From the NCBI RefSeq assembly GCF_006345805.1, contig NC_042997.1:127596001-127660000 (forward strand): 64,000 nucleotides of DNA, in the 5' to 3' direction. The position numbers and the translations under genes are program-made. The notes below the pieces were generated by a model. That model saw only the letters and a program-made list of their open reading frames with translations, searched no databases and was not told the DNA's origin. Shown piece after piece: positions 50,386 to 64,000 of this stretch (within the stretch, counting starts at the first letter, position 1; each line of letters begins with the position of its first letter). This DNA comes from Octopus sinensis (taxonomy: Eukaryota).

Positions 50386-53300
50386 TTCTACGGGTTAATT
50401 GATATATTTTAGCAAAATATTGACTTCAACTGGTGTACACGCGTTTCGCTCAATTGAGATATTTCCAACAAGTAAAACAAAAGCAATTTAACCTTACAAT
50501 ATAATACTGTTGTATCATCAGCCAGTCAAATATAAAATCAGAGCAATCATGAAAGTAGGAGAGATCGCTTGTATAGAAGTGTGCGATGTTGTTCAGTAAA
50601 CAATGGAGAATTTATACAGGGATTTATGGCTTTTAAATATTTCGTTTTATGGTGGCTGAGCGACATTTTTAATAGACAACGATGGGAGTTCACTTTCTTT
50701 CTTTACTATAGCATGTAATTGTTTTTGGAGTGTTACTTTATTAATGTAAATTTTATTGAAATGAATTATGGGTTCATATTCTTACTATGGCATGTAATGC
50801 CTTTTTAAATGTATTTTGGATGGAAATATTATTGAAACGGATTATGATCAGTCAGGGATACGCTGTCATCTGTAAATGTGGATTTTAATGTGGATTTTAT
50901 TGCAACGGGTTATAGTCAATCAAGGATACAGTGCCTCTTCTATATGGCCTTTGAGCATACTGTTTTTACTAAAAGGCATTTTCAAAATGTTAAAATATTA
51001 GAATATTTATAAGGCTAAATTAATATTTGATTTTAAATTAAATTTTAAAACGTTTACAAGAGTTGACATTCGAATGTGATGATTAAACAGAAATTGTTGA
51101 GATATAAATTATTTGAGAATTTTAAAATAAAAAAAATTCGAATAATTTGTACAAAACGGGGAAATGACTCGAATAAAAATATGAACGAGAAAAGTAAAAG
51201 TGGAATAAAGACAACGAAAACAGAAAAAAACAGGAAAATAAAAGATATCGAAATGATTTATCTTTTGGGAATTATAATCGGTATTTACATTTCAAAGGTT
51301 TTGTATATTGTATGAAGACATGAAAAAACTCTTCCTGAGTGTTTTGATTGTGGATGGTTAGGTGGAAAATAAAATTTCACAGACCTCAACTGTACACAGT
51401 CTCTTATTTCCATCATAGGACTTGCACATGAGACGATTTCCTCTTCAAATTGAAGTGTGTATTAGTGATTTTCAATTAACCATATAGATAATGAAAGAGA
51501 GGTGTCATTTTCGAATTTCATATTTCGACAAATCTGTGTATGTTGACTGTATCATAAGTCGAATGGGTTAGATGTAAGGATAATGTAAATGAATATTGCA
51601 AAAGAATTTACAGAATCAGGGAAGATAGAATTAGAATAGTATTATTAACGAGAAACACAATCTTCCACCCACGCGGGATCAAAAATTTACTAATGTATCA
51701 TTTGACATGTATGGGAGTCTACGATTCCACTGTAATCAGTGACACGGTAGGACTCGTCTCCTACCAATGTTGAAAAATAAATTCCCACAGGCAGAAGGCA
51801 GTATTTATTGTGATGATAGGTTACGAATCACCTAGAAATTAAACGCTTAACAGGGCGATAAGTTAGGGAGAGACCTACATTTATTATTCAACGAACACAA
51901 ATAAAATATTACAGTTCCAAGACATAGCACTAGATTACCCTCATTAAAAGCCAAATCAAACGCTCAACTATATCTATCAAACTAGCCTCAAAGCATTATT
52001 ATCATTGTTGTCAAAATACGTCTCTTCAGCTGTCAAATCTATCCGCTAATAAGCAAATATTCAACGAATTGGAAACATACAACAATGATACTTTCAGGTG
52101 AAACATTGACAATGAAAGCATAGTGTACATCGAAGAAAACAATAGACCAACGAAGAATAGCAAAGACAAAAACGTAATACCATATGGCATAAACTTTATT
52201 ATATATACCCAGTAGCAACAATAATAGGAAAGCTTTTCTGCAGAGCTTTCGCTAAAATTTTCAATCAATTAATAAATAAAACGAAATCTTGAATAAAAAA
52301 CACTTTGAAATTCTCATACATCACTTCCTATTTACAATTCTCTCTCTCTCTCTTTCACACACACATACATGCGCGCGCACACGCACACATACATGCGTGC
52401 GTGCACACACAAAAACACAAACACACTCACATGCATATACATCTCCCACGCTTCGTTAACTTTTGAACGAAGTTGTGTAGTTTTGGCACATTAGCAACAC
52501 AGTTGCGGCGTGTCAGTGTATCTAAAGAGACATCTACTAGAATAAGGTTTAATGAAGACACGGCAATAGCAAATGATAGAGTCAATTATATGCGACATAC
52601 TGTGTTTACAATGGAGGAAAAAAAGAAACAGGTATACGAGAATATACGAACATGTGAAAAGAGTATGAAAGAAATTATGTATGACAAGTATTGAGGATTA
52701 AAAAGGATACGGAAAGTAGGCTTTTTTGCAAAGGCAAACAGGACACGTGACAAGGAACTAAATGGACATTTAATGTCTTTCGACACAAAGAAAATAAAGT
52801 GAACAAAGTAACAATGTGCATATAGGTAAAACGGATTGAAGAGAAAAAGTTAATTTTGGATTGAAGGACTGTTCTAAAACACACGTAAAAGGAGAGAGTG
52901 GAGAGGATTATGAGAAAGCGAAATAGAAAACAAGGACAAAGAACGAGACGAGAGAAAAAAGGAAAAGAGAAAACGAGATAAAGGCTGTGAGAGAGGAAAA
53001 AGGGTAAACAAATAAGACGATGGTGAAGACAGTTGCAGAGAAGATGAAAATACATAAGATGAAAGAATATTTTCAGTTCTACACTTTGGAGATTTCACGC
53101 AAATCTACGTCATCTACCTATGTTTGGAAGCAAAAGGAAATGCTATTTCTAACAACATGAGAGTTGCACTTAATGGTGTGTGAGCATTACACTTTGTAAC
53201 TGCATTTGCCTCAAATGGATAGCTCAATTTCATCCCAAGTGCGTCGATGGTTAATCACAAGTTGACAATCAGAATGGAAAAAAATGCGGAAAATCATCAA

Positions 53301-53876
53301 CACAACCCTAGAAATGCCATCGAAATTTATCGTAGCCTCTTACAGAATTGTATCACTTTTAAAACTTGTATCTTTAGATATTCAAGTATTATGCCTGATG
53401 AACTGAACTTGTAATTTTAATTAAAATTTGTAATATATGGCAGTTTTATAAAAATTAAACCGTGCAATTTATAGAGTTTTAAATCTGAATGTTTTATAAA
53501 TATAGCAAATTTAAATGTGCAACATTGAGCGAACAAATTATTTTCTAACTTCTATAGTATTTGAAACCATGAACTAACCTTTCAAAGAGATGACTTTTAA
53601 ATTATCTTTTCTCCTGAAATTTTGTGGGTGGAGGTTGTGTTGATTACATCAACCTCAGTACTTGAATGGTGGTTATTTCATCAATCCTGAAAGGACGAAA
53701 GGCTAAGTCAACCTCAGTGGAATTTGAACTCGGAATGTAAAAATGGACAAAGTACTGTTAAGCACTTTGTCTGGCATGCTAATGAGTCTGCCAGCTTACC
53801 AAGTTATATAGGAATCTAATAAGAACAATATTACAAATACATAATTGCTATGAAAATATATGTGAATATGTGCATG

Positions 53877-53926
<50 letters not shown>

Positions 53927-53931
53927 TATCG

Positions 53932-54173
53932 TTGCTATTATGTTAAAGTGTCGTATGTCCAAATTTGGCCATATGCATCTTTTTTTACTATTAACTTTTG
54001 CTTGTAATAGCCAATTCTTTTGGTCAAACTTTTGTATCTCCAGCTGATACAGATGCCAAAATATCAAAAGTTGTCAGTTTAGTACAATGGTTTTGATATG
54101 GAATGGTAAAACTATTTCTTCATTTTCTGAAAAAGCATCGTTTTGGACTTACGACACTTTTGCATAATAGCAA
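53932..54173. mobile_element. MITE with about 32-bp terminal inverted repeats
   Basis: ttgctattatgttaaagtgtcgtatgtccaaa vs tttggacttacgacacttttgcataatagcaa (3 mismatches). Confidence 0.75.
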
Positions 54174-55451
54174 TAATATATTTATATATGTATATATGTC
54201 TGCATGTATGTATGTATACATGTAGATATACACACATATGTGGATGTATGATATGCTGTATATATTTGTGCATATGTGTGTATGTGTGTGCATGTGTGTC
54301 TATGTGTGTGTGTGTGTGTCTGTCTGTGGCTTAATGAAAAAGATTAAAGAAAATCTGAAAGAGAAAGAACAACAGACACTGATATGTTTAATTAACAATG
54401 TTACTGTACCTCACACAGACTTCCTCTCAAATGCTACTCCTTTACAAATATCAGTCTGTCTATATCTCCTCTTTTGGCTCATCCCCAGTTTATCCCTAAA
54501 GGATCTCAGACTCGGGATTTTTTTCTTTCTTTCTTTTTTTTTTTTTTGCTTTGATTTTTGTTCATATATTATTCCTGATTACATCTGAGTCCTCTGTGAA
54601 ATTTAGTAATGATCCATTGAGAAATGGCGGCATTCTTTCAAGAGAAACAGACAATTATCAACATAAGCGTACATGCATATATATCAATACATACACATAC
54701 ATGATTATCATATGCGCACACACACTCACACACATACATATAGATGTTCATATATATACACATATATGTATATGTAGATATATATGAATACATACCAAAA
54801 CATACACATATATACCTACATATACATGTATGTGTATATATATATATGTACAATTATGTGTGAGTGTGTTTGTGATTAAGAAGGTATGTATATATATGTC
54901 TGTGATGCAGATTTATCACTGACATACGTTCCATTAAAACTATGTTGCAGAGTAGTATTAGAAAGCCAGTCTGTTGATATTTATAGTGTCAAAAGTCTGA
55001 GTGGTAAAAGTGAAACACATAGCTTCTGTTGCAATTAAAAGTGATTTCATTGAACTTAACAGTACTAGTAACACTGGAAAAAGCTTACATATTACTACAC
55101 TACATTTTCCAAAAGTACATTTATACATACATACATACAACCTTGCATGTACATGTATACAAGCACCAGCAAACACACAGAAATACTTTGTGTGCAAAAG
55201 AAACCCATATTTATAATCAAAGAGTAAATCTTAAGATATTCAGATATCACTATCAAAATATTAGCAGTTTTACCCCAGGTGACTCTTGATCAAATACAGC
55301 TGCAATCAAAGGCTTTCCAACCATAACCATTCAGCCTTTTCATGTGTGAGGCATCTCAGAACAATATTAATTGATAGATTGACATGGTTGTTGCCTTACA
55401 AAAAGTACTGATGCTGGGGCCATGTAAAAATGTTCTCAGTATACATAAGGC

Positions 55452-55950
55452 GCAGGAGTGGCTGTGTGGTAAGTAGCTGGCTTATCAACCACGTGGTTCT
55501 GGATTCAGTCCCACTGTGTGGTACCTTGGGCAAATGTCTTCTACTATAGCCTCAGGCTGACCAAAGCTTTGTGAGTGGATTTGGCAGACGGAAACTGAAA
55601 GAAGCCCGTCATATATATATATATATATATAATATATATATATATATGTGTGTGTGTGTGTACATATATATGTGTGTGTGTGTGTGTATGTATATATGTA
55701 TGTATTAGGTATGTATGTATGTATATATGTATGTATATGTTTGTGTGTCTGTGTTTGTCCTGCAACATCGCTTGACAACCGATGCTAGTGTGTTTATGTC
55801 TCTGTCACTTAGTGGTTTGACAAGAGAGACCAATAGAATAAGTACTAGGCTTCCAAAGAATAAGTCCTGGGATTGATTTGCTCGATTTAAGGTGGTGCTC
55901 CAGCATGGCCACAGTCAAATGACTAAAACAAATAAAAGAATAAAAGAATA
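55452..55950 (+). mobile_element. SINE family C with expanded internal microsatellite
   Basis: Full-length family match. Confidence 0.9.
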
Positions 55951-57939
55951 TACTCTGTAAAATGGTTGGCATTGGAAAGAGCATTCAACTGTAGAAACCA
56001 TACCAAAACAGACGATATAGCTTAGTTTGACTCCCAGCCTTGCCACCGTCTGTCAAAACTGTCTGACCCATGCCAGCATGGCAAATGAACGTTAAATGAT
56101 AATGATGGTGGTGGGGTTATGTTTTAAAAGCTTCTGCACAAGATGAAGACTGCTCAGCTACATTGGTGCTAATGGTTGAAATACACAACAAGAAATGAAA
56201 GACCAATTAAAGCTAATGTGGGACAAATGATCAGGTGGACCATAGTGAAATACATCTCAGCTGTAGCCACTTGAAGAAGAAAGCAAAGGGAGTACATCTA
56301 GTGTCAATGACTAGATATGATATAGATTAAGTATATTTATGCCATTAGTGTTTAGATATGATTACAGAAATGGCGTCCACTCTGTCAGTGGTTAGATATA
56401 AAATTGAGAAAGGATGTTTATATTGTCAGTAGTTTGATATGGTTTATAGAGGGAAGATATTTACAATATCATTGATGATATATGATATAGAGAGGGGGTA
56501 TCTATTCTGTCAGTTGTTAGATATTCTACAACCATTTTAGACAGAACAGACAGGTGTTGTAAGTATTGTAATTGTTTTGAGGATTTGTGAATCAAACTTC
56601 AGAGATTATAGCTTTCATAACTATGGTTGGATCGGAGAAATATCTCCACAATTCCCTAATGATATTTTGGACTATCTGAATTGTGAGATATTGAACCAAA
56701 TGTATAGTTCTATTTCATAGTTGTTCTATTTCATTGTTGTCATGGTGATGTTTATTTTAAGCCCAGTGATCTGGATCGTTGAGAATTAAACATCTTGACC
56801 ATGGACCCAACTCAGTTCTGTTGACAAGATATGAATTTGTGACTTCTGAACTCTGTATGTTCTCAATATAATTAAATTTATAAGCAACATAGAACAAGAC
56901 AAAAACTGAATAACAGACCTGCTTTATCATACGTTTTATGCAATTTTTATTCTCATTTGGAAACTATGAAAGCAATTAGCAACTTCAGTAAAGTGAAATA
57001 AAGTCATGCTGGTCACGACATCGTTTCACTTCTAAAATATATGTTTTGTGTCTAACTTCAAAAAAGATAATAAAATATAATTAATAATAGGTTTTTCAGT
57101 AATAGCTTAACGTAATTTTTAATTAATAGTTGTCAAATAGAGAAACTTGTCTTCTCTCTCTCTCACTCTCTTTGATTTTTTTTTTTGTATTTTTTATCCT
57201 TCCAATAATACTACATGTAACAAATTGTAAAATTACAGCTTGTCAGCTTTCTCTCTTGACAAAATCTACATACAGGGCTGGCAACATATTTTATGAACTT
57301 AGTGTAATCTCAGCCACAAGCCAATAATTTATTTCATCTAGTCTGCTTTTATTCCAATTACCAATGAAATCTCTAAGCATTTCACTGCTGTTCAATATTA
57401 AGCTAAAGAATTATGGTAGAAAATTAACAGAAATAGTAGATTGCCAGATTAAAACTATTTTTCATCTATCAATATATGTCAGACACAATGTCTTTTAAAG
57501 CTAATAATGCCTGAGGGTCTCTCCTAATTACCAGAATGGTGTAGCAACTGAATGTGGGGACAATGTTCATATTTGCCTATAAAGCACCAGCAGCATTAAA
57601 AACAGTCATTTGAGATTCTCAACCATAGCCACTTGTTTGAAGAAACCAAGAAAACACCAGTATCAGTGGGTTAAATCAAACCCCAGCATTTGACTGGTAT
57701 TTTACTATATTGACTCTGAAGGTAGCAAAGTAAAGATGTCCTCAGTAGGTTTTGAACATGGAATATCAAGGGTTGGAACTAATATGAGTATGGCAATTTG
57801 TCCAGTTGCCTAATACTTCTACCAAATAACCTGCAAGACTAAATGACATCCAACAATCCTATCAGATCTTCGGGTAACGAATTTCAGTAACTTTGTGGAA
57901 TTGACCCTTTTTAGTAATCCATATTGTAGCTGTTGTCAT

Positions 57940-58255
57940 CATCATCATTTCCTTCGTGCCGGTGGAACATAAAAGCACCCACTACACTCTCGGAGTGGTT
58001 AGCATTATTGTTATTGCCATCATTCTTGTCATCATCATCATTGTCATCATCGTAATTGTCATTCTCATCATTATCATTGTCATCACGATTATGGTCATTG
58101 CTGTTGTCATCATCATCATCATCATTGTCATCACGATTATGGTCATTGCTGTTGTCATCATCATCATCATCATCATTGTCATCACAATTGTTGTTATCAT
58201 CATTGTCATGTTTGCCATAGTTGTCACCATTGTCATCATCATCATTATTATACAC
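57940..58255. repeat. (ATC)n low-complexity tract with a duplicated ~50-bp unit and an RTE-tail fragment
   Basis: attgtcatcacgattatggtcattgctgttgtcatcatc occurs twice; aaaagcacccactacactctcggagtgg at about 57970. Confidence 0.85.
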
Positions 58256-58894
58256 TAACTGACCCCGTGCCATCAAAAATGACAGCTAATTGTAGTATTT
58301 TATATATAAATATGGATGGTAATTCAAATTAACACACTTGTCAATGTTATCTAGTGGTTGTCTTTTGAGATGCGACATTGATCATCATTTGTTACTGAAA
58401 GAACGCTGGTTCACACATACAAACATTCACATACTTCTCTTGTATACTCACACAAATACACACATATACTTACACAGAGTTGAAATGCTGTTTGATTTTT
58501 TAATTTTCAGCATTGAATGTTCATCATCCCACCAGTTTGCCATCACACCTTCTTTCCTTATTCATCTATCACCCCTTCCTTTCTTATTCACATGTTGTGA
58601 CGGAGAAAAACACAAGAGTTTTATTATAATAGATTGTACAAAATTTATAAACTGATTTCCTGTATTATGAGAAGTAAGTTCTGAGGTGTCAAACAAGGGT
58701 TTTCTTCCTGGATAATATCTGAAGAAAATTCTGTTTGGATCTCCTCATAAGACATGCACTTTTCTTGTTTTACAAATTTATAAACTGTTTTTCCCATGCC
58801 ACCCACTCAAGATTATATGAGTTCATAAGGGGGCTGTGTATGTCACAAAAATTCTGTGGGGGTTCTGGATGTTTAGAGAGGGAGATGTTCATAG

Positions 58895-59298
58895 GAGCGA
58901 CTGTGTGGTAAGTAGCTTGCATACGAACCACATGGCTCCGGGTTAAGTCGCACTGCGTAGCACCTTGGGCAAGTGTCTTCTACTATAGCTTCAGGTCGAC
59001 CAAACCTTGTGAGTGGATTTGGTAGACAGAAATTGAAAGAAGCCCATCGTATATATGTATATATATGTGTGTATATGTTTGTGTGTCTGTGTTTGTCCCC
59101 CCAACATCGTTTGACAACCAATGGTGGTGTGTTTACGTCCCTGTAACTTAGCTGTTCAGTAAAAGAGACCGATAGAATACATACTAGGCTTATAAAGAAT
59201 AAGTCCTGGGGTCGATTTGCTTGACTAAAGGCGGTACTCCAGCATGGCCACAGTCAAATGATTGAAACAAGTAAAAGAGTAAAGAGAGTAAAAGAGAA
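58895..59298 (+). mobile_element. SINE family C
   Basis: Full-length family match. Confidence 0.9.
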
Positions 59299-59349
59299 TT
59301 TAAACAAGTTTTAAACTATTTATAGTTTACTTGTATATTTATACTACTT

Positions 59350-59635
59350 AGGTGAAGGTGCATAGTTTAATGATTAGAGTATTTGGCTCATGATCGCAAG
59401 GTCATGAGTTCAATTCCTGGCATTGCGTTCTTATTTCTCAGCTGAAAACAATGAGTAGTACCTGTATTTCAAAGGACCAGTCTTGTCACAAACTGTGTTA
59501 TGCTGAATCTCCCTGAGAACTACATCAAGGATCTTTGTATCTGTGGAGTGCTCAGCCACATGCATGTTAATTTCATGTGTGGGCTGTTCTGTTGATCGGA
59601 TCAACCGGAACCCTTGTCATCGCAACCACCGGAGT
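59350..59635 (+). mobile_element. SINE family B, diverged with internal deletion
   Basis: catgagttcaattcc B box; tail gcaaccaccggagtg. Confidence 0.75.
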
Positions 59636-60927
59636 GCCAGTTATACTACTTATTATATTTTAAACATATTTTCAGACAATGCAAATAAATCATCATCATC
59701 ATCATTTAACGTCCACTTTCCATGCTAGTATGGGTTGGACGATTTGACTGAGGACTGGCAAACCAGATAGCTGCACCAGGCTCCAATATGATCTAGTAGA
59801 GTTTCTACAGCTGGATACTCTTCCTAATGCCAACCACTCTGAGAGTATAGTGGATGCACTTACGTGCCACTGGCATGAGGGTCAGTCAGGCGGTACTGGC
59901 AATGGCTATGCTCAATTGGTGCTTTTTACATGCCACCTGCACAGGAGCCAGTCCAGCAGCACTGGCAACGACCTCACTCAAATGTTTTTGATGTGCCACC
60001 AGCACAAGTGCCAGTAAGGTGACGCTGGTAGCAATCATGTTTGAATGGTGCTTTTTATGTACCACCAGCACAGAAGCCGGTCAGCTGCTCTGGCAACGAT
60101 CATGCTCAGATTGTGCTCTTAGCGTTCCACTAGCACAGATGCCACTCATCAAATTTGCGAATCTGATTTGATTTCGATTTGTAGGAATTAGAATAAGGGC
60201 AAACATTGTGGTATCAATGAGCAGAACATGACTGATGAGGTACCAAGCTTCAGTGTAATTTCATTTATGCGTCCTTATTTTTGTTTGTAATTTCAACAAA
60301 AGTTTAAGATAACACGCACTCATCCACATAATTATTTAAAAAGAGACCAGTGTCACGCAAATGGCACCTGTGCCAGTGGCACGTAAAAACACCCAGAGTG
60401 GTTGGTGTTAGGAAGGGCATCCAGCTGTAGAAAACCATGCCAAATCAAACTGGAGTCTGGTGCAGCCTTCCAGTGTGTCAGCCCAGTCAAACCTTCCAAC
60501 CCATGCCACCATGGACAACAGACATTAAACGATGATGATGATATATCTCATTGAGGTAATGTGGCAGATGCCAGTGTCACATAACTGGCACCTGTGCTGG
60601 AGACACATAAAAAACACCTTTTGAGAGTTGGGCCTCATGGAGGAAATGACAAATGACAGAGACCTTTGGCAATATGCTGTACTTGAATAGAAAACCCATC
60701 AAGCCAAGTGAAATCATAGCTGTGGCAAATACTGGTGTCATGCAACTGGCACCTGTGCCAGTGGCATGTAAAAGAACCCATTACACTCTCAGAGTGGTTG
60801 GCATTAGGAAGAGCATCCAGCTGTAGAAACCATATGAAATCAGACTGGATCTTGGCGCAGCCTTCCAGTGTGCCAACCCAGTCAAACCATCCAGCCCATG
60901 CCAGCATGGACAACAGACGTTAAATGA

Positions 60928-60962
<35 letters not shown>

Positions 60963-61789
60963 AACATGCTGGATAATAAACAACTGCACAGAACTAGCTT
61001 CTGTTTCTCTTTCATCTTTTAATTGTTTTACTCATTGGACTGTGGCTATGCTGAAGCAGTGTCTTGAAGGGTTTTAGTTCAACAAATCAATCTCAGTATT
61101 TACTTTTGAGTCTGGTACTTATTATATCAGTTGCTTTTGCAGAAATAGACATAAAAAAACCAACACCAGCTTTGAAGCAGTGGGAAATAGGACAAACACA
61201 CACACTCACACAAATACACATGCACAAACAAACACATGCACACACATGCATACACGTGCATAAACACACACTTACACACACACACTTACACACACACACA
61301 CATCATACTCACAACAGGCTTCCACACAGTTTCTATCTATCAAATTCACTCACACGGCATTGGGTGACAACATTTTCCCTAGCGTCATGCAGTGGGACTG
61401 AACCCGGAAACATGTGGTTGTGAAGCAAGGTTTTTAACAACACAACTAAGCCTGCACCTGTTTTATTAAAAATAATCTGCTTCTTTTTATTGTCTGAAGC
61501 ATGAACATTGAAACCAGGAGCTATTAAAATGCCAGTCAGTAAAAGGAGACAAAAGGCTGAAGACTAAGACCAATACTTTATCCCTTGCAATGACAACCTA
61601 CATTCCTCGGAACTAACCAGATGTATACAATTTCTTGCTCACAGACATATTGTCTCATCTTTTTCTTCTTCCTATTATATTGTTGTAACAACCTTTGGTT
61701 CTCTGAACCAGATATTTATATACCACATCCACCCAAACCCATCTAACTCATCTAATTCTTCCTTTTCTATCATTATTTTATGATTTTTT

Positions 61790-62180
61790 TTTGTTTCAGC
61801 CATTTGATTGCGGCCATGCTGGAACACCACCTTTAGTCAAGCAAATTGACGTCAGGACTTATTCTTTGTAAGCCTAGTACTTATTCTATCAGTCTCTTTT
61901 GCCGAACCGCTAAGTTACAGGGACACAAACACACCAGCATCGGTTGTCAAGCAATGTTGGGGGAACAAACACAGACACACAAACATATACACACATATAT
62001 ACATACATAGATATATATATATATATGCAATGGGATTCTTTTGGTTTCCGTCTACCAAATTCACTCACAAGGCTTTGATCAGCTATAGTAGAAGACACTT
62101 ACCTAAGGTGCCATGCTGTGGGACTGAACCCAGAACCATGTGGTTGGTAAGGAAGCTACGTACCACACAGCCACTCCTGC
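61790..62180 (-). mobile_element. SINE family C
   Basis: Reverse-complement family match; another diverged copy at about 61000-61460. Confidence 0.85.
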
Positions 62181-62206
62181 ACCTACATCATCTTTCTTTC
62201 TTATAC

Positions 62207-62851
62207 CAGTGGCTCTCAAACAGAATCCATATGACCCTTGGGGGTTGGGGTCCATATAAGATTTATTTTGTTCTTAAAATTTATCTGCAATAAATAGTTT
62301 ATACTTCTTTGATACACAAACTATTTCAACAAGTTTTTATACAATTCTTAATAATATTCAGTCATAAAAACACAGCTCAGTTAAGACACATATCCAGCCC
62401 AGTTAAGAATACCCCTGATACATCCTGCGATATGATATGCTTGAGAAGACCTGTTGAGTCAACTAAAACGAATATCGTAGCTGTGGTCAGTGCCCTCTGA
62501 CTGGCTCCCATGCGGGTGGCACATAAAAAGCACTATCTGAATGTGATTGATGCCAGGCCCACTTGACTGGCTCTTGTACCAGTGGTATATAAAAAACACC
62601 CACTACACTCTCAGAGAGGCTGGCGTTAGGAAGGGCATCCAGCTGTAGAAACATTGCCAGATCAAATTGGAGCCTGATGCAGCTGCTGGCTCTCCAAACC
62701 TCAGTCAAATCATCCAACCCATGCCAGCATGGAAAATGGACATTGAACGATGATGATGATGATGATAACAACAGCAAATGGCTATGGAGATCCAGTAGGG
62801 TAAAGTAGAAAGCAAAGGGGCCAATAGCCAAAAAATGGTTGAAAATCACTG
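62207..62851. mobile_element. hAT-type MITE interrupted by an RTE tail (about 62420-62765)
   Basis: Termini cagtggctctcaa / ttgaaaatcactg; halves resemble the element starting cagtgattctcaacc at 36815. Confidence 0.65.
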
Positions 62852-63626
62852 TTCTATATTGTGGCTCACTTCCTTAATTCTCACATTAACCATCCATTCA
62901 CTTGCAGGTGAAGTAAAGGTAAAGTTATCTGCTTGAGTCATGCCGACTCATAAGTATACCATGAGGCTGGTTTCCCAGTTTCGTGGCATATATATTCCTT
63001 CACCTGGATGGGACACTGGTCCATCACTGGCTTACTAATTTTTGCTAGCTCAGTGGACTGGAGCAACATGAAATGAAATGTTTTGCTCAATGTGTCAACC
63101 GGTCTAGGAATCAAAACCACAATCTTATGATCATGGATCCAGCACCCTAACCACTAAGCCACACACCTCCACAAATTACCCTCTCAAGTCATACTGACTC
63201 ATAAGAGCCAATTTCCAGGTTTCCATGTCATATAAATTCACAGGATTTATATGCCATGGAAACCTTTTTCAGTTCATCTAACTTCTAGAAACAGGGTGCA
63301 TAAAAAATTTTAATTCTGTATGTAGATTCTATTAAATTTTTAAAATGAAATGTATTTTGAAAAACACCGACCTTATAATCACTCAATGTGTGTATACATT
63401 TTTTTGGGACACACTGTGAATTTTTGCCAGCAGAGTAGACTGGAGCAACATGAACATACATTGTGTCTTGCTCAAGAACACAATGTATTGACTGGTCCAG
63501 GAATTGAAATCACAATCTTATAATCATGAGTCCAACATCCTAACCACTAAGCCATGCACTTCCACATTTACCTGCAGAGCTATCCTTTTCTCCTTAGAAA
63601 CTCAGTTCTCTGTATATCTTTCTCAG

Positions 63627-63710
63627 GTCAATATCTGTGATCAAGCTGAACATCAACCGTATTGCTCTCCTCTGTGTGGAAAAAAGTGTAAAAATCTGGG
63701 AAAGTCATAG
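63627..63710 (+). CDS. Candidate 84-nt phase 2-2 exon (SISVIKLNINRIALLCVEKSVKIWESHR), weakly WD40-like
   Basis: Acceptor ctctgtatatctttctcag, donor AG|gtagca; KSVKIW resembles a WD40 repeat end. Confidence 0.25.
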   Translation, partial: VNICDQAEHQPYCSPLCGKKCKNLGKS

Positions 63711-64000
63711 GTAGCACCTTTTCCACTCAACAAAGCCATAAAAATCGATACTTTCTCTGAATTCAAAGTATTCTTTGCTGCATAGCATTTAGCTTGGTGT
63801 GTAGCGAAAAGAAATCTTTTATTCATGTTGAAGAATAACTCGCTTCCATCTCAAAGATGGGTTATACAAAATATTAGAAGGCATCTCTGATCGTAATGTT
63901 TTCAGTGTTATTACCTGTAATTGTTATCTTCAATACAAAACATTTCAAGGATGAATATAGATTTTAGATCTCTTCTTAGAAACCTACAATCTGTCAGGTA

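Noticed and set aside
54030-54112. Exon-like AG...GT segment
   Set aside because: Lies inside the 53932-54173 inverted-repeat element
58511-58673. Strong acceptor and gtaagt donor pair
   Set aside because: Stops in all three frames; could be a UTR or non-coding exon but nothing supports it
63577-63676. Minus-strand segment with very strong acceptor and CAG|gtaaat donor
   Set aside because: Stops in all three frames; overlaps the open plus-strand candidate; left unresolved

Overview
Eukaryotic, AT-rich, repeat-saturated intronic/intergenic DNA. The tRNA-head SINE families, RTE tails ending in (GAT)n and dense (TA)n/(CA)n tracts match what I recall of coleoid cephalopod (Octopus) genomes; this assignment is inference, not a database result. 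No intact protein-coding gene, rRNA, tRNA gene or CRISPR array can be supported, and most ORFs in the supplied track are translations of microsatellites or antisense shadows of transposons. Supportable content: two decayed Penelope-like elements (PLE; RT with or without GIY-YIG) at 16.4-17.6 kb and 47.4-48.8 kb; CR1-group, RTE, R4/Dong-like and CRE-like non-LTR relics; a decayed Tc1 transposase; mariner-, hAT- and Helitron-type non-autonomous elements; and dozens of SINEs from about five families. The most interesting signal is a set of hammerhead-ribozyme (HHR)-like motifs in PLE-associated repeats: a near-canonical minimal type I HHR at 31.3 kb, and a 333-bp direct-repeat pair with 867-nt spacing plus a diverged third copy (13.4-15.3 kb) carrying the HHR core motifs in permuted order next to a covarying hairpin (retrozyme-like architecture). 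Several candidate host exons and an apparent alternation of CpG-retaining and CpG-depleted domains are reported at low confidence. SINE/LINE boundaries are approximate (tens of bp).
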